64,000 bases of DNA from Camelus ferus (taxonomy: Eukaryota). Below are positions 12,955 through 24,966 of the stretch, piece after piece (the stretch's first letter is position 1; each line of letters starts with the position of its first letter). The notes under the pieces were generated by a model. The model was not told where the DNA came from, ran no database searches, and worked only from the letters and a program-made list of their open reading frames with translations. Both the position numbers and the translations under genes were made by a program. The stretch lies in the NCBI RefSeq assembly GCF_009834535.1, contig NC_045696.1:2234001-2298000 (forward strand), read 5' to 3'.

Positions 12955-15900
12955 CTGCAACGGCAAGGCCAAGTGACCGAGGCTCAAGGAAGGCCCACCC
13001 ACCTCGCGGTTCTCTGAACGAGGGAGGCAGCTCCGGGACAGCAGACACACGGTGCCTGACAGAAGCACTGACAGCCTGCGAAGCGGACCTGAGCCGGCCC
13101 CCCAGGGACCCTGCACCACAGCCGGCGGGCAGGTGCGAAATCCACGTGGGCTCCTGGCACCAGAAAGGCTGGCCAGAAAGGGGGCCTTTAGGAAGCCCAG
13201 GGCGAGGACAGGGCCAGGGAAAGGCAAAGTGGGCAGCGGTGTGGGGCGCAGGTGGGCTCAGGCTCGTGCCCACAAGGGCCGGAGGCGCTGGCCGGGAACG
13301 CGGGGCCGTGTCAGCGTCCGGCCCCTTGCCTGGCGTGGGTGTGCGAGCCAGTCCTCGTCTGCTCAAGGGCCCTGGCGTGAGATGAGCTGGACAGGGTTGG
13401 GCCAGAGCAGAGAATGGACCAACCCTGCAAAGGGCAGATCCCAGGGCCTGGGGCCACTTGAGCAGATGTGGTGACACAGGAGGGGTCTCGGCTACAGGTA
13501 GGGCCACTGTCTCTCCCTCGTCTGCATCCCCCTCCAGCCACGAGCTCCTCCCGCCCCCACCCCACTTGGTGCTGTGGGCACAGCCCGGCCCCACTGCAGC
13601 GGGCAGCCGGCCCCAGGGGTCTGCAGTAGGCACAGGAGCACACGATGGCCTTTGGCACAGGCGGTCACAGGCTAGCCACACGCCTGTGGACAAGCTGGGG
13701 TGGAGGAAGCCGGGGGGGGGGGGTGGAGCGGGAAAGGAGGAGGAGGAGGGAGGAGGCAGGGGGAGGAGAAGCCTCTAAAATCAAGGAGGAGAGTGCAGTG
13801 GGCTTAGGGCTCTCTGGAGGGCACTGCAGAGAAGGAAGAGGCACACACAGATCAAAGATGGAAAAGGGTCAGGAAGAGGCCAGACCAGAACCACAGGTAA
13901 GGAGGGCAGGGAAGACAGAGTGGCCCTTGGCCAGACAGCAGAAGCCCAGGGCTGGATGTGGTGCAGGGCAGTAGGCTGGGGAGGAGGGGGTCACATCTGG
14001 AGACAGGCTTCCGGTCACTTGTCCCAAGCGTGAGGACAGAATGCAGGTGAGGAAGACCCTCATCGCAGCCAACACTGCCAGGCTCACCCGTCCTGCTCTG
14101 CAGCTGGGACAGGCGCCTCTTCATCTTCACGCGCCGCCCTCCCCGCGGACACCTGTAGGCTTTCTCTGGGATGTCATCTTCAGGGAAGAGGCCTGAGGAC
14201 CAAGGCGGGTGATCAGAAGGCCACGGGCAGCCGGGACGCTCACGGCTCGCGTGTTCACTGTCTCCATGGCCCCATAAGCACCACGTCATGAGCAACTGCC
14301 TTTCAGAATACGCTTTCCCAGGTCCACCAGCCACACACCACAAACTGGGGCTGTCTGCTGCTCCGCAGCCCAGCACCGCCGCACTGTGGGCACTCACCGG
14401 AAATGCAGGCTCTAGGGCCGGGCCCCACCCTGCCGCGCGAGCCTCAAACGCACACTCAGCCCCCAAGACCGCGGAGCTTCATCAGGACAAGCGTCCCGAG
14501 GCCAGCCACCCGCCTCTCGCCAAACAAACACCACCGGCCTCTGCAAACTCTTGTCCACGCTCTGCGGGTGAACGTGTGGCCCCGTCCACTCCCAAGAGGA
14601 CGATGTCCTGTCTCAGCTGGGCAGCCCCGTGCTCACCTTCTGCGAGGCCCTGCAACCTGAGACAAGGGGAGGCGGTCACGGCCCCTCCTGCCTGAGCTCT
14701 GAGGGCGGGGCCACCACAGGGAGGGAGGGAGGGGCGACCCCAGCGCCAGCCCCTCCAGGGGCACTCACTTCCGGATCACTTTGTAGAGACGCTTCCGGTT
14801 TGGAGGAGGGGTGTCCTGGTGACTAGCCATTTCAAACAGTCTGCTGGCAACAGCCTCATAGTCAAACTGTTTCACAAAGAGATGCCGTGGAAGCAAAGGG
14901 CGAGTCACCTCCCAGGGGCCCCCGGAACGTGAACCGGCAGAGGGAGCGCAGGAGCCACGTGCCGAGGCCGCGCCCCGCCATCCCCAGGCCATCCCCGCAC
15001 AAATGCAGACGTCCGCGGCACGGAGGCAGCAAACGCCCGTGGGAACGTGTGGGGCCGCAGGGAGCCTGTGACTTAAAACCCACGTTAAAAAAAGCAGGAA
15101 GAAACAAGCAAGATCAACCTAATGACTTTACTTGACCAAGACACTGAAGACCTTACTAACGCACGAGCAGTCAACATCCGAGACTCACGGGGAGATGCCC
15201 TGCATGTCCAGTTCACCTGGTTACAGCCCCGCCAGCTGAGCTCCGACTACCAGCGGGGACCCGAAACCCCCCCACGCAGCACGTGCCGCCCGGCGCCCCT
15301 GCCTTCCTCTGCGTCCCAGCCGGACAGATGCCACCCCCACTGTGCCCCCAAGAGCAGCTCCCCACATCGGGAGCGCAGGGCAGGGACTGAGCACCCGGCC
15401 CACGGGCCCGGCCACCCACCTGGAGGACAGAGCCGGCATTGTCCTCGTCGTCATCGTCCGACTGCTCCGCACCCGGGTCGGGTCCAGTCCCACAGACAGA
15501 GCCTAGGACGAAAGGGGCCCACGGACTCAAAGACATACCTGGTGCCACAGGGGTCACAGGGCCCAACACAAATGCCTGGGAACCAGGAGCCTTGCCAGCC
15601 AGGGCCCACTCTTGGGTGGACGGCAGGGGCATTGAGGCCTGGGGAGGAGAAAGCCGTCCCAGGGAAGATGGGGGCCTGACCAGTCCTCAAGGAGTGAAAC
15701 CGAGAGGGGACTGTGAGTGGGCATCCCAGGCAGCAAATGCAGGGGCAGGAGTCCAGGGTGCAGAAGAGGGGGGCTGGCCCAGCCACAGGGTGACAGGAGA
15801 TGCAGCTGCAGGTGAGGAAGCGGACACTGGCCAGGCGTCTGGGGCTCTGACGTCGCTCCCCGCACATGGAAGGTTTGGACAGGCAGCGGAGCGGGACAGG

Positions 15901-18900
15901 TGGGAGGCAGAGAACGGTGACGGCAGGGCTGTGGGCCGTCACCAAGCCCCGCGAGGACCTGGGGCTGCCTGGACCGGTGACTTGGCTACTGAGAAGGAGG
16001 TCAGGGAGGGCCAGGAAAGATGCCCCGGGCGGCCGGGCAGTGCCGGTGCGGCGTGGGGGCGGCTGAGAAAACCCAGGGGCACGCCAGCAAGGGCACGAGA
16101 GTCAGAGGCAGCAGAAGCCAACCCGCAGCTCACAGACACACGACCTTCCACAGGACACAGGACAACTTGGAGGGGCAAGGATGGGCCCTTCAACAAACGG
16201 GGCTGGGAACGCTGGACGTCCACGCGCAGAAGAATGGGGCTGACCCTGACCCCCCACCACATACAAAACTAACTCAAAATGGATCAAAAGCCCAAAACAA
16301 TAAAACTCAGGTGAAAACACGGGGCAAAAGCTTCACGAGACCGGAAATGACCGCGGTTCTCCTGGACGTGGCACTGAAGGCACAGGCAACGAGGAAAAGT
16401 AGGACAAACGAGACCTGACGGGAACTTCCTATTTTGCGCATCGCAAGAGACTATCAGCAGGGTCAAAGAGCAGCCCCCAGAGCGGGAGGGCCGACCGCAA
16501 AGCACAAACCTGCGGAAGGGCGCCACCCAGAGTATCGAAGAACTCCTAAAACTCAACCGAGAAAATCTGATTCAAAAACGGGCAAAGGACTTGAACACAC
16601 ATTTCTCCAGTTCTCCGTGAATGGTCCACGAGCCTGTGCTCAGCACCAGAAATCATTCGAAAAGTGCAAATCAAAACCACGCCACAGCTCCACGCCCGTG
16701 GGGGCAGCTCCTCTCAAAACAGACTGACAAACGTCAGTGAGGACGCGGAGACGCTGGGCCCGTGCACGGGGGGCGGGGGTGAAGTGACGCAGCCACCCTG
16801 GAAGACAGGACAACGCTGCTAAAAAGTCAACAGAATCACCATCCGATGCAGCAACCCCACTTCTGGGCAGGGCACAGAGACAGTCAACAGCGCTCCCTGT
16901 CCTGGCGGCGGAAGCAGGGACAGGAAGGTAAACAAGCGATTCATGTAACTTTAAGCGATTTCTGCCAGGAAGTGAGAGGCCCTGGGGAAGCGACAAGAGG
17001 GCAGGGGCCCTGCAGGGGAGGGGAGGGCAGAGCAGACGCCCCGGAGCAGGACTGGTGGGTCAGAGATGAGCCTGGGGAGTAGGGACCTCATGAGAACACA
17101 GGAGGCCATAGAGCCGGGGTTCAGAGAGTGAGCAACACGTGTGCTTGCTTCTAAGGTCACCCGTGCACGACTTTGGGGGCAAGGGCAGAAATGAGGGGAC
17201 GAGACAGGAGACAAAGGCGGGGATCCCGGCAAGAGCCACTGTGGGCGTCATCCTGGACACACGTGATCCTCACCTTTAGGTGGCTTCCTGGATGGCACGT
17301 CCTGTTCCTCACCCTCCTCCTCCTCTTGCACGTCCAGTTCATTCATGAGCTCCTCGATGGCCAGCGGGGCCTGCTCCACGATCGTTTCAAAGATGCCTCG
17401 AGTGATGTTATGCAGAACCAGGGAGCTGAGGGGCCGTGGCGACCAGGGCAGCTGGTCAGGCTGGACCCTCCAGGGAAGAAACACCAACCCCTCGTGTCCC
17501 CCTCTCCCACCCGGGGCCCCTCTGGGCCCTGCTGGGCCCCCGTGACCACGCAAGCCCTCTCTCTTCCTGGAGGGAACAGTTGCTCCCAAAGGCAGCGCTG
17601 GAGGGCGCTGGGAAAAGAGCGACAGGCGGGAGGGAGGCGACACTTACTCCTGAGTGCGGGCGGCGATGCGGCAGAAGGGGTCGATGAGCCTGAGGTTCTG
17701 CTCGGCTGTCAGCTGCGAGGAGGGGGGCGGGAGCCGCTCAGCCCCGGGCCACAGACACCGGGGTGGGGGTGGTGGGGGTGCTAGGCTGCCGCCCTCACCC
17801 CGGCCCTACCTCGTGGGCACCAACTCTGGCCAGCTCCTCCAGGAAGATCTCGATGAAATGGCTCCGTACCCCACTGGGGGCCTGACTGTCAGGGTGCAGG
17901 ATCTCCGTGGTCAGCAGCTCCAGCAGCTGCTCAGTCTGTCTGAGGAGGGAAACAGGCCAAGTCGGCAGCAGCCAGACAGGCAGCAAGGCAGTGGGCTCAC
18001 GTGGCCCACGGGGGGGCTCTGACAGGAACAGGAACTTTCACACCACATGTGTGGAGATCCCACGATGTGGGTCGATGCCGCACAAACAGCTCCTGCAACT
18101 TTGGATTTACGTGCCAATGGCCAGGGCCGACCGAGGCGCATAAACGTCCCCCCAGGCCCCCTCCTGTCCTAGAGGAGGCAGGCGGAGGGCGGCCTGGCCC
18201 ACAGGAGGCCACCGTCGCCACGTCCGGAGTCTCTGCTGGCCCTGCTGGGACTGCGCAGGGAGGCTCAGGGCAGAGCAAACACAGAGGTGGGAGATGGAGG
18301 CCAGGGCAGAGGAGGAGCTGATCCCTGGGTCCCACTGCCCTGGGCCCGAGGCCGTAACGGGTCACGTCAGACCTCGCCCTGGCAGGCTGGCCTGCGAGGT
18401 CTCAGGCCCGGGGCTCCCAGGCCAGAGAGCTCCAGAGGCCAGTCCTCAGTGGTCCAGATGCACCAACACTCCTGGGTGCTCGATGGCATACAGGTACCTG
18501 CACCTGAACGGTGATGTGCACATCTGGCAAAAGGCTCCCTGGACGATGCTCCACAGCCCAGGAGGACGGGGCCAGGCCAGGCCAGGAGACCCCTCCCTCA
18601 GGCCAGGGACAGTGCTTACGGTCACCAAACCCACAAACCGGTCCCACTGCACGAATGAGAGCAGGCAGAAAGGCAGGCAGAGCTGGTCCCCCCAGGGCAG
18701 CAGGTGGGGGGAGTTGCCAGACACGACAAGGATGGAGCTACTGCCATAACAACAGCCCCAAAAAGTTCACAGAAATACAGCCGTCCCTTTAACACAACCC
18801 CGTTTCAGGCACTAGCCACCTACTGGGTAACACGATCCTAAGTCCTGAAATGAGCGAGCCACAGCAAGGACCCCGCCGAGGCGCCCACAGACACTTTCAC

Positions 18901-21900
18901 CAACATGTGCACCAGCTGTGACTTTAAAATGCCTCTGTTCTGAGCACCAAGACCCCCGTCAGTGCACAGCTGACAAGCGAGTGAAGGAGAAACACGGGAA
19001 CACAGACTCGCCGTGAGCAGCACGGGCCGCCGCGGAGCACGCGCCAGGGCACTGACCTCTCTTCCCAGCCCCGCGTCTTCAGGGCCATCCAGGACTCGTG
19101 CAGGACCATCCGCATGAGCTGTGGCACAGGAGACCCCGTCAGTGGGCACGTCCCAGACCTCCCGACATCCCCCCTGCCCCTTGGTCACCTGGGGGCCCCA
19201 GCGTGCCCCATAGGCCCTCAAGAGCCGCCAGTGGACAGGACACCCCCGCCGGGGGGGGCCTGGGCCTGGAGAAGGCGCCACTGCAGCTGGGCTGGAACGC
19301 CCAGCTCTCTGAGAGCAGCAGGATGAAGTGTGGCTCCCCCACAGCGGCAGAGCCTCCGGAAAAACCAGGTATGAACCCGAAACTGTCTCCTCCGAGCTCC
19401 CCCTGGATCTTCTCCCCGACAGAGTAACTGTTTACCTTCTCTGCCCACAACCCTCACTTTCCTGTCACGGTGGCCAACAGCATCCTCCCACCTGCGAGGA
19501 TGAACCCTACACGCCTACAGAGGGGTCGGTCACGGTGACAGGTAACAAAGGAGACGAGCAGAGCAGAGCAGAGCACACCCGACAGCCAGGACGCCCGTCC
19601 CTGGGGACACTCACTCCCATCTCATGCTATCCCCTACTTGCGGGCCGCCAGGAGGGTCGGCCTTCACAGCAAGGCTGTGCTGGTGGATGTGGCCACATGG
19701 TGGGGGGGGGCCGGTCGTGGGAAACAGGCCTCAGAGAGCTGCGGAACCCACCCTATTTAAGGCCAGTCCTGCATCTCAGGGAACTTTGTCTTAAAAGCCT
19801 GGATCTGTAACAGTGCAGAGCCTGGCCTCCAGCCTGCCCACATGCATCATGACCCATCTTCCTTCCCTCCTGAGCTCCGTGCCCTGCCCACCGGCTGGCC
19901 TTCACTTTAGTATATCTGACATCATACGGCGTCCGCACAGCCCTGGCCCAAGACTGAGCTAGTGGCAGATCTCAGGGGCAGATTATGGCGACCTGTCCTC
20001 AGTGAGGCTGGGCCACTGCCCTGCTGAATGTCCCCCATGGGGTCACCTGCTCTCAGGTAGCAGCACTGGCCCTTCATCTGGGGACTGTCCCATCACAGTG
20101 ACAAGGCTGCAGGTCAGTGGCGGCGGCAGCAAGACAAGAGTATGACCCATTTTTCAGTTTTTCCTGCATTTCTGAGTGCAGTCAACAGCCCAGTCACAGG
20201 AATGTGGTGCAGGAAAGGAGAAAGAAAAGGGGTCTGCTCTGCTGGACAAGCTGTCCTCGCCCGGCGGGAAGCGCCTCCAGAAGCTGGCGCCCGCAGGCGG
20301 CCCCGGGGCCCCACCGGCTTTGCTGGCTGCACAGGCACACGTCTGCAGCAAGGATGCGATGGCCGCACCACCGATTCTGCCCAGGAGGGCGACGTAAGCC
20401 TCTTCCTCTGAACCGAAACTGTTTTAAGAGCTGAATTCTATGCCCACTCTCCAACCTCAGAAACGGGAAACACTGCAGAACCCCAGGCACACGCACCCCA
20501 AGAGAAGCTGGAGCTCCCGTCACCGCCCAATGTAGTCCTCAGGGTTGCCTGCTGCCCAGAAGCCAGGACGCTCCCGCCGCGCCCAGCCCTCCCCACCCCG
20601 GCCCCGCGGGCCTTCCTCACCATGTAGAACTTGTCCAGGCGCAGTCTGTCAATGCCCGTCCACTCGCGGTTCATGGTCTGCCAGAAGGCCCGAAGGAACA
20701 GGTGCTCTGGAGGAGAGAAGCGGGGAGGGTCACGAAGGAAAGCAGAAGCCACCTGGGGAGGGAAGGGGGGTAGGTGAGGGCATCCCGAGTCCCGGCGGCG
20801 GGGCGCTCAGCCCCCGAGTCCGTGCGCCTGTGAGACGGGGCAGTTAGCAGCCTGCGACAAAAAAGCAAAGCCCAGCTCCAACCCCGGACTGCAGCCTCAC
20901 TGTCTGCAGAACAGGCCAGGAGAGCACGAGGGCAGCCCTCAGGCCGCTGCTCCCCCGCTGCTCCCCTCACCACCCCTCGGCTCGGGGAGGACCCCACCCG
21001 ACAACTGCCCGACCGCACTGCTTGCCCCAGGATCCACTGCTGGTTATGCACGAAGCCCTCCAAGAATGGGTGTGTCGGGACCAGAGTTCCGCGGGCTCAT
21101 CCGGGCCCTCACCCCACACTGAAGCCATCGCCCCCAGGACCTTGTAACAGGACTCAATCTGGGCCGAGGGCCTTCAGAGAGGTGATTAGAATAAAAGGTC
21201 ACTGGGGTGGGCCCATATCCCAATCTGACTGGTGTCCTTAAGAGGAGCCAAGGACACAGACACACACAGAGGGACGACCAGGTGGGGACACAGGGAGAGG
21301 CGGCATCTGCAGGCCCAGGAGAGGGGCCTCAGGAGAACCCTGCCTGCTGACACCCTGAGCTCGGGCAGAAAGAGGCACCACTTCCTGCCACAGAGCTTCT
21401 CCAACAGGAAGGCCTGGAAGGTGGCTCAGTCACAGCTGAGCTCACAGCCTCATTCAAGTGGCACCAAGTGAACGCTCTGTGCCTGGCCGGCTGAGCACAG
21501 AAACCCTTCTGCAGGCTCTTGCAAGGTAAACGTGATGGAGAACAGATCTCGTGGATAATGACTCAAGCGCAGTCAAAGACACTCTCGAGTGGAGAAAGTA
21601 GTCACCGTTAACTGCACACTCCCTACTGCTCACGACTTTGTCTGCTCAGTATAAGCCACACAGCCAGGGCCTGCCTGGCAACGGTCCCGCGGCCAACGCC
21701 AGTGACGCTGCCCAGCCCTGGCTGCCTTCGGAGCAGTGGAGGGAGGTGGAGGATGCTGGCGCCCAGGCCCCACCTGCAGGGCTTGAATTAACGGGACCAG
21801 GGTCTAGACATCAGGCTTTTTAAAGACTCAGCGGAGTCCAACGGGCCGATGGCAGCGCTGAGAACTACCGACCTCAGTGAGAACGGGAACAGGAGAGGTG

Positions 21901-24900
21901 GGGACGCCCTGCAGGGACTTACAACTAGCAGGTGAGCGCCAGTCATCAGCCTGCTAACACCACACCAGATTTCCATTTTAACTTAAAAGGTGCGGTATCA
22001 GCCCTCCAGACCCCTGACCGAGTCTATGCTGAGTTAATCCACATGGGAGACGGAGAACAGCGTCTCACACACCAGCGCCAACAGAAGCCGGCTGGAGTGG
22101 GCGTCTCGCTCTCGCCCCCGGAACACCAGCCTCCTGTGTCCCAGAGCCGACCCTCTGCAGCTCCAGCCTGACCTCGGCAAGGATACTCACGGGCCTCTGT
22201 GGTCTGGAAAGTGTGGACAAGCTGCGAAATGGTCCTGCCGAGCTCCTCCTGCACAGAAACAGCACAAACGCCCTCAGTCCCCAAAGAAATGAGGTCTGAC
22301 AGCCACGAGCAAGAGCAGGAAGACAGTCACTCAACCGTTCTCAGTCATCGCAGGCACCAGCTCTGCAGGGCCTCTCAGCCCAGCGTGCGCGGGGGCTGCA
22401 GGTCTCACACGGGCTGTGAAAGGCCCCCCAGAAGGCCGGGCCGACAGAACCTCACAACACTCAAGGGCAGTAACTACTCTCCTGACCGAGGCTGAGCCCC
22501 AAGTATGAGCCCTCTCTCCTCTCTCCTCTGGGGCGGGGCGGGGCGGGGGGGTGCATATGCCTCAGTGGTAGAGTGTGTGCTTAGTATGCACAAGGTCCTG
22601 GGTTCAATCCCCAGTACCTCCACTGGGGGGAAAGGAGGGGAAAGGAGGGGACAGGAGACAGCAGGAGCCTCGGAACCAGCAGAGAGGAGGTGACCACCTG
22701 CTGCCTGCCTGTGTCACTGCACCAAGCATCACCCAGTGCTCAGGCTAAACAGGTGATTCCAGAACCTTCCCTTGAGAGGTCCTAGTTTAGTAGGCATGGA
22801 ATACAGCCCAGGAATCTGCATTTTAAATACGTACCCTCACCGCCCAGGTGCTTTTGAAGAGTAAACAATTCCCACTGAGAAACACTCTAGAAAGGCGAGC
22901 AGTTTAGGGCAGTGAAGCTCCAGCGTAAAATACAATGAGGGACGCATGCCATTATGCGTTTACCCAAACCCACAGACTGTACAACACAGGAGGGAGCCTT
23001 CAGGTAAGCCGTGGACTCTGGGTGACGCCGACATGACATGTGGGTTCATGGACTGTGACCAGTGACCCACTCTGGTGGGGCTGTTGATAACCCAGGAGAC
23101 CGTGCACGACTCGGGGGAGGAAGTGTAGAGAAATCGCAGTATCTTTTCCTCTCATTTTGCTGTGAACTTAAAACAGCCCTAAAAAATAAAAACTGTTTTT
23201 TAAAAAGGCTAGCAGAAGAGACACTTGTCTCAGGAGACTTGGGTTCTGTCCCTTGGCTTCCACCGTTTCTGCACCCAGCTTGCCGTCTCTGACAAGCACA
23301 CGACAAGGAAGCCCGGTTCTCACCCACTGCCTGCGCTGCAGTCACCAGCGCTGCTGCAGGGGGCAGCTCAGCCAGGGGAGGACCACGCTGACCAGAGGTC
23401 CTGGCCCCTCTAGCTATTGAAAAAAAAAGTACTGGGGCTCTAGAATGCCCCCTGGCATGTTTTTTCTGTATAAAATGAGGGTGGACATCTGTCCCCCCAG
23501 TGATGCTGCCCCAGCCCCTCCTGCTCCCTCCTGTGCGCTCACCTGGAGGAGTGGCTTGTCCTGCATCCACATACAATAGAACAGTCCTTTCCACACCTTC
23601 AGTAGCTCGTCATGTGTGAAACCACCTGCGTCGAAAACAGCAACACTCAGACTAAAGGAACCCAAGCTTTCAGTGCCCCAACAAAGCCTGAGAAACGTGA
23701 CCACCTGAATTAGACCAAAGTCCTCGTACTGTAAAGGTGCCTGAACCCCCTCTCAAGCCATCCTCCCAACTCTGAACCTGCTGAGCCTGTGGCTGCAGGG
23801 ACCCCTACCCGCCCCCAACCCTGGTCAGGTAACTGCCATTTCACTCATTCAGTAAATGTTGACCGAGAATCTACACGCATCAGGCCCCGTACTCCATTTC
23901 TGGAGATTCAAAATTTAGGGAGTCACCATTTCCTGGCCTGGACAGTAGCTACGCAGGTGAAATTTGTTGGTAATAATTCACACAATGTTACACCTGGGGT
24001 TTGTGCTCTTCTCAAACTTTAAAATTACAAGTTACCTCATTCGGGCTAGTTATGAAGGTAGATATATAGAGCATTCAACAAGTGTGTCCTGAGGTCCTAA
24101 CTGTGTCTGGCACCCTGTTCTGGAGCAGTGGTTCCCAGACTTTAGCACCAGGATTGCATCACCTGGAGGGCTTCTTAAAACAGACTGCTGGCCCAACTGC
24201 CAGAGATTTGATTAAGCAGGGCTAGGATGCAACCCAAGAATCTGCGTCTCTAGCAGATACCCAGGTGATGCTGAAGCTGCTGACCTGGCCACATCTTGAG
24301 AACCATGGTTACAGAGACAAGTTAAAAAGCATGTTCTCTGAGGAGCACACACTACAGTGAAACTCAGGCATCCCAACCACCATACAGGAGAAAACTACCA
24401 ACAGTGATAAATACCGCCCTGAGGGAAAACAGAGGGCGCCCAAACAGCAGGCAGCAAGGATGGCAGGATGTATGGACTAACGGGGGGTCCGGTTCCCAGA
24501 GGACGGCAGGTCCGAGCGGGGAAGAGGAGACAAGGGGCGGGGAGAGGGGGGAGTCCGCGCAGAGGGACACGTGGCCACCGCACCACTAGGTGAGCGCCGC
24601 GCAGCTTGGGTGCGGCCAGGGTGGGGAAGGGGAGCAGGGCCAAGCGCTCCGGCTGGGGCGGGGGCGCGAGCGGTGGGCGAGTGGCAGCACCGCCGCAGGC
24701 CCCGCCGCCGGGTCCGAGCACGTGGAAGCTCCACCGTTGGGAGGTCCCCTAACCCGGCCCGCCGCCGCCTCCTGCCCCACTTCGCCGGGCCCGGGAAGCG
24801 CCCCCTCCCACATCCCGCCAACCCTGCGCCAACCTTCGGCTCGCTGAGTCCTGGCGACGATGTATTTCCGGAGCTTCCTCACCGCCCGGTCCCGGGTCAC

Positions 24901-24966
24901 CTGCTCGTTCCCCGCCAGGCGCTGCGCCAGCTGGATCTCGGGCGGGAGCTGCACGCGCGGACCCAT
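12755..24966 (-). CDS. RRP1: Ribosomal RNA processing protein 1 homolog A (NNP-1/Nop52 family), 13 coding exons, 1275 nt, 424 aa as assembled
   Basis: Spliced translation MGPRVQLPPEIQLAQRLAGNEQVTRDRAVRKLRKYI...[24 protein letters not shown]...REWTGIDRLRLDKFYMLMR...FDYEAVASRLFEMAS...NRKRLYKVIRK matches mammalian RRP1. All 12 introns are GT-AG with consistent phase; synteny with CSTB and PDXK. Confidence 0.97.
14088..14192 (-). CDS. RRP1: RRP1 exon 12 (105 nt)
   Basis: GLFPEDDIPEKAYRCPRGGRRVKMKRRLSQLQSRT; CAG / GTGAGC. Confidence 0.92.
14637..14656 (-). CDS. RRP1: RRP1 exon 11 (20-nt microexon)
   Basis: G TTG CAG GGC CTC GCA GAA G (LQGLAE); CAG / GTGAG; bridges phase 2 to phase 1. Confidence 0.9.
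14769..14866 (-). CDS. RRP1: RRP1 exon 10 (98 nt)
   Basis: FDYEAVASRLFEMASHQDTPPPNRKRLYKVIRK; CAG / GTGAGT. Confidence 0.95.
15420..15502 (-). CDS. RRP1: RRP1 exon 9 (83 nt)
   Basis: GSVCGTGPDPGAEQSDDDDEDNAGSVLQ; TAG / GTGGGT; phase fits both neighbours. Confidence 0.9.
16130..17050 (+). mobile_element. Old L1 (ORF2 end / 3' region) in RRP1 intron 8
   Basis: CACCACATACAAAACTAACTCAAAATGGATCAAA...GGGCAAAGGACTTGAACACACATTTCTCC...GCAAATCAAAACCAC L1 signature. Confidence 0.75.
17274..17425 (-). CDS. RRP1: RRP1 exon 8 (152 nt)
   Basis: SLVLHNITRGIFETIVEQAPLAIEELMNELDVQEEEEGEEQDVPSRKPPK; CAG / GTGAGG. Confidence 0.93.
17648..17712 (-). CDS. RRP1: RRP1 exon 7 (65 nt)
   Basis: LTAEQNLRLIDPFCRIAARTQ; CAG / GTAAGT. 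Confidence 0.95.
17810..17939 (-). CDS. RRP1: RRP1 exon 6 (130 nt)
   Basis: QTEQLLELLTTEILHPDSQAPSGVRSHFIEIFLEELARVGAHE; CAG / GTAGGG. Confidence 0.95.
19057..19118 (-). CDS. RRP1: RRP1 exon 5 (62 nt)
   Basis: LMRMVLHESWMALKTRGWEER; CAG / GTCAGT. Confidence 0.94.
20621..20706 (-). CDS. RRP1: RRP1 exon 4 (86 nt)
   Basis: QHLFLRAFWQTMNREWTGIDRLRLDKFYM; CAG / GTGAGG. Confidence 0.96.
21100..21370. mobile_element. MLT1-type LTR
   Basis: GGGTGGGCCCATATCCCAATCTGACTGGTGTCCTTAAGAGGAG...GAGAGGGGCCTCAGGAGAACCCTGCCTGCTGACACC. Confidence 0.65.
22191..22248 (-). CDS. RRP1: RRP1 exon 3 (58 nt)
   Basis: EELGRTISQLVHTFQTTEA; CAG / GTGAGT. Confidence 0.95.
22545..22622 (+). mobile_element. tRNA-Ala-derived SINE (Vic-1-like), tRNA head only
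   Basis: CTCAGTGGTAGAGTGTGTGCTTAGTATGCACAAGGTCCTGGGTTCAATCCCCAGTACCTCCA, with A and B boxes. Confidence 0.8.
22905..23195 (+). mobile_element. L1MC-like 3' end
   Basis: CATTATGCGTTTACCCAAACCCACAGACTGTACAACAC...TTTTGCTGTGAACTTAAAACAGCCCTAAAAAATAAA. Confidence 0.65.
23543..23625 (-). CDS. RRP1: RRP1 exon 2 (83 nt)
   Basis: [28 protein letters not shown]; CAG acceptor, GTGAG donor. Confidence 0.96.
24126..24310. mobile_element. MER5A-like hAT-Charlie DNA transposon relic
   Basis: CAGTGGTTCCCAGACTT...ATCACCTGGAGGGCTT...AGAATCTGCGTCTCTAGCAG...CCAGGTGATGCTGA...TTGAGAACCA. Confidence 0.7.

Noticed and set aside
12955..13693. Upstream part of the 312-aa minus-strand ORF 12755-13693
   Set aside because: Only 12755-12954 is RRP1 exon 13. 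The rest is intron 12 that happens to be open.
15439..16272. 277-aa plus-strand ORF antisense to RRP1
   Set aside because: Overlaps RRP1 exon 9 antisense and an L1 relic; no domain or codon evidence.
22545..22622. Possible tRNA-Ala gene (also at 33050, 38868, 45384, 62920)
   Set aside because: Stems and anticodon arms are mutated, and most copies have SINE tails. These are tRNA-derived SINEs.
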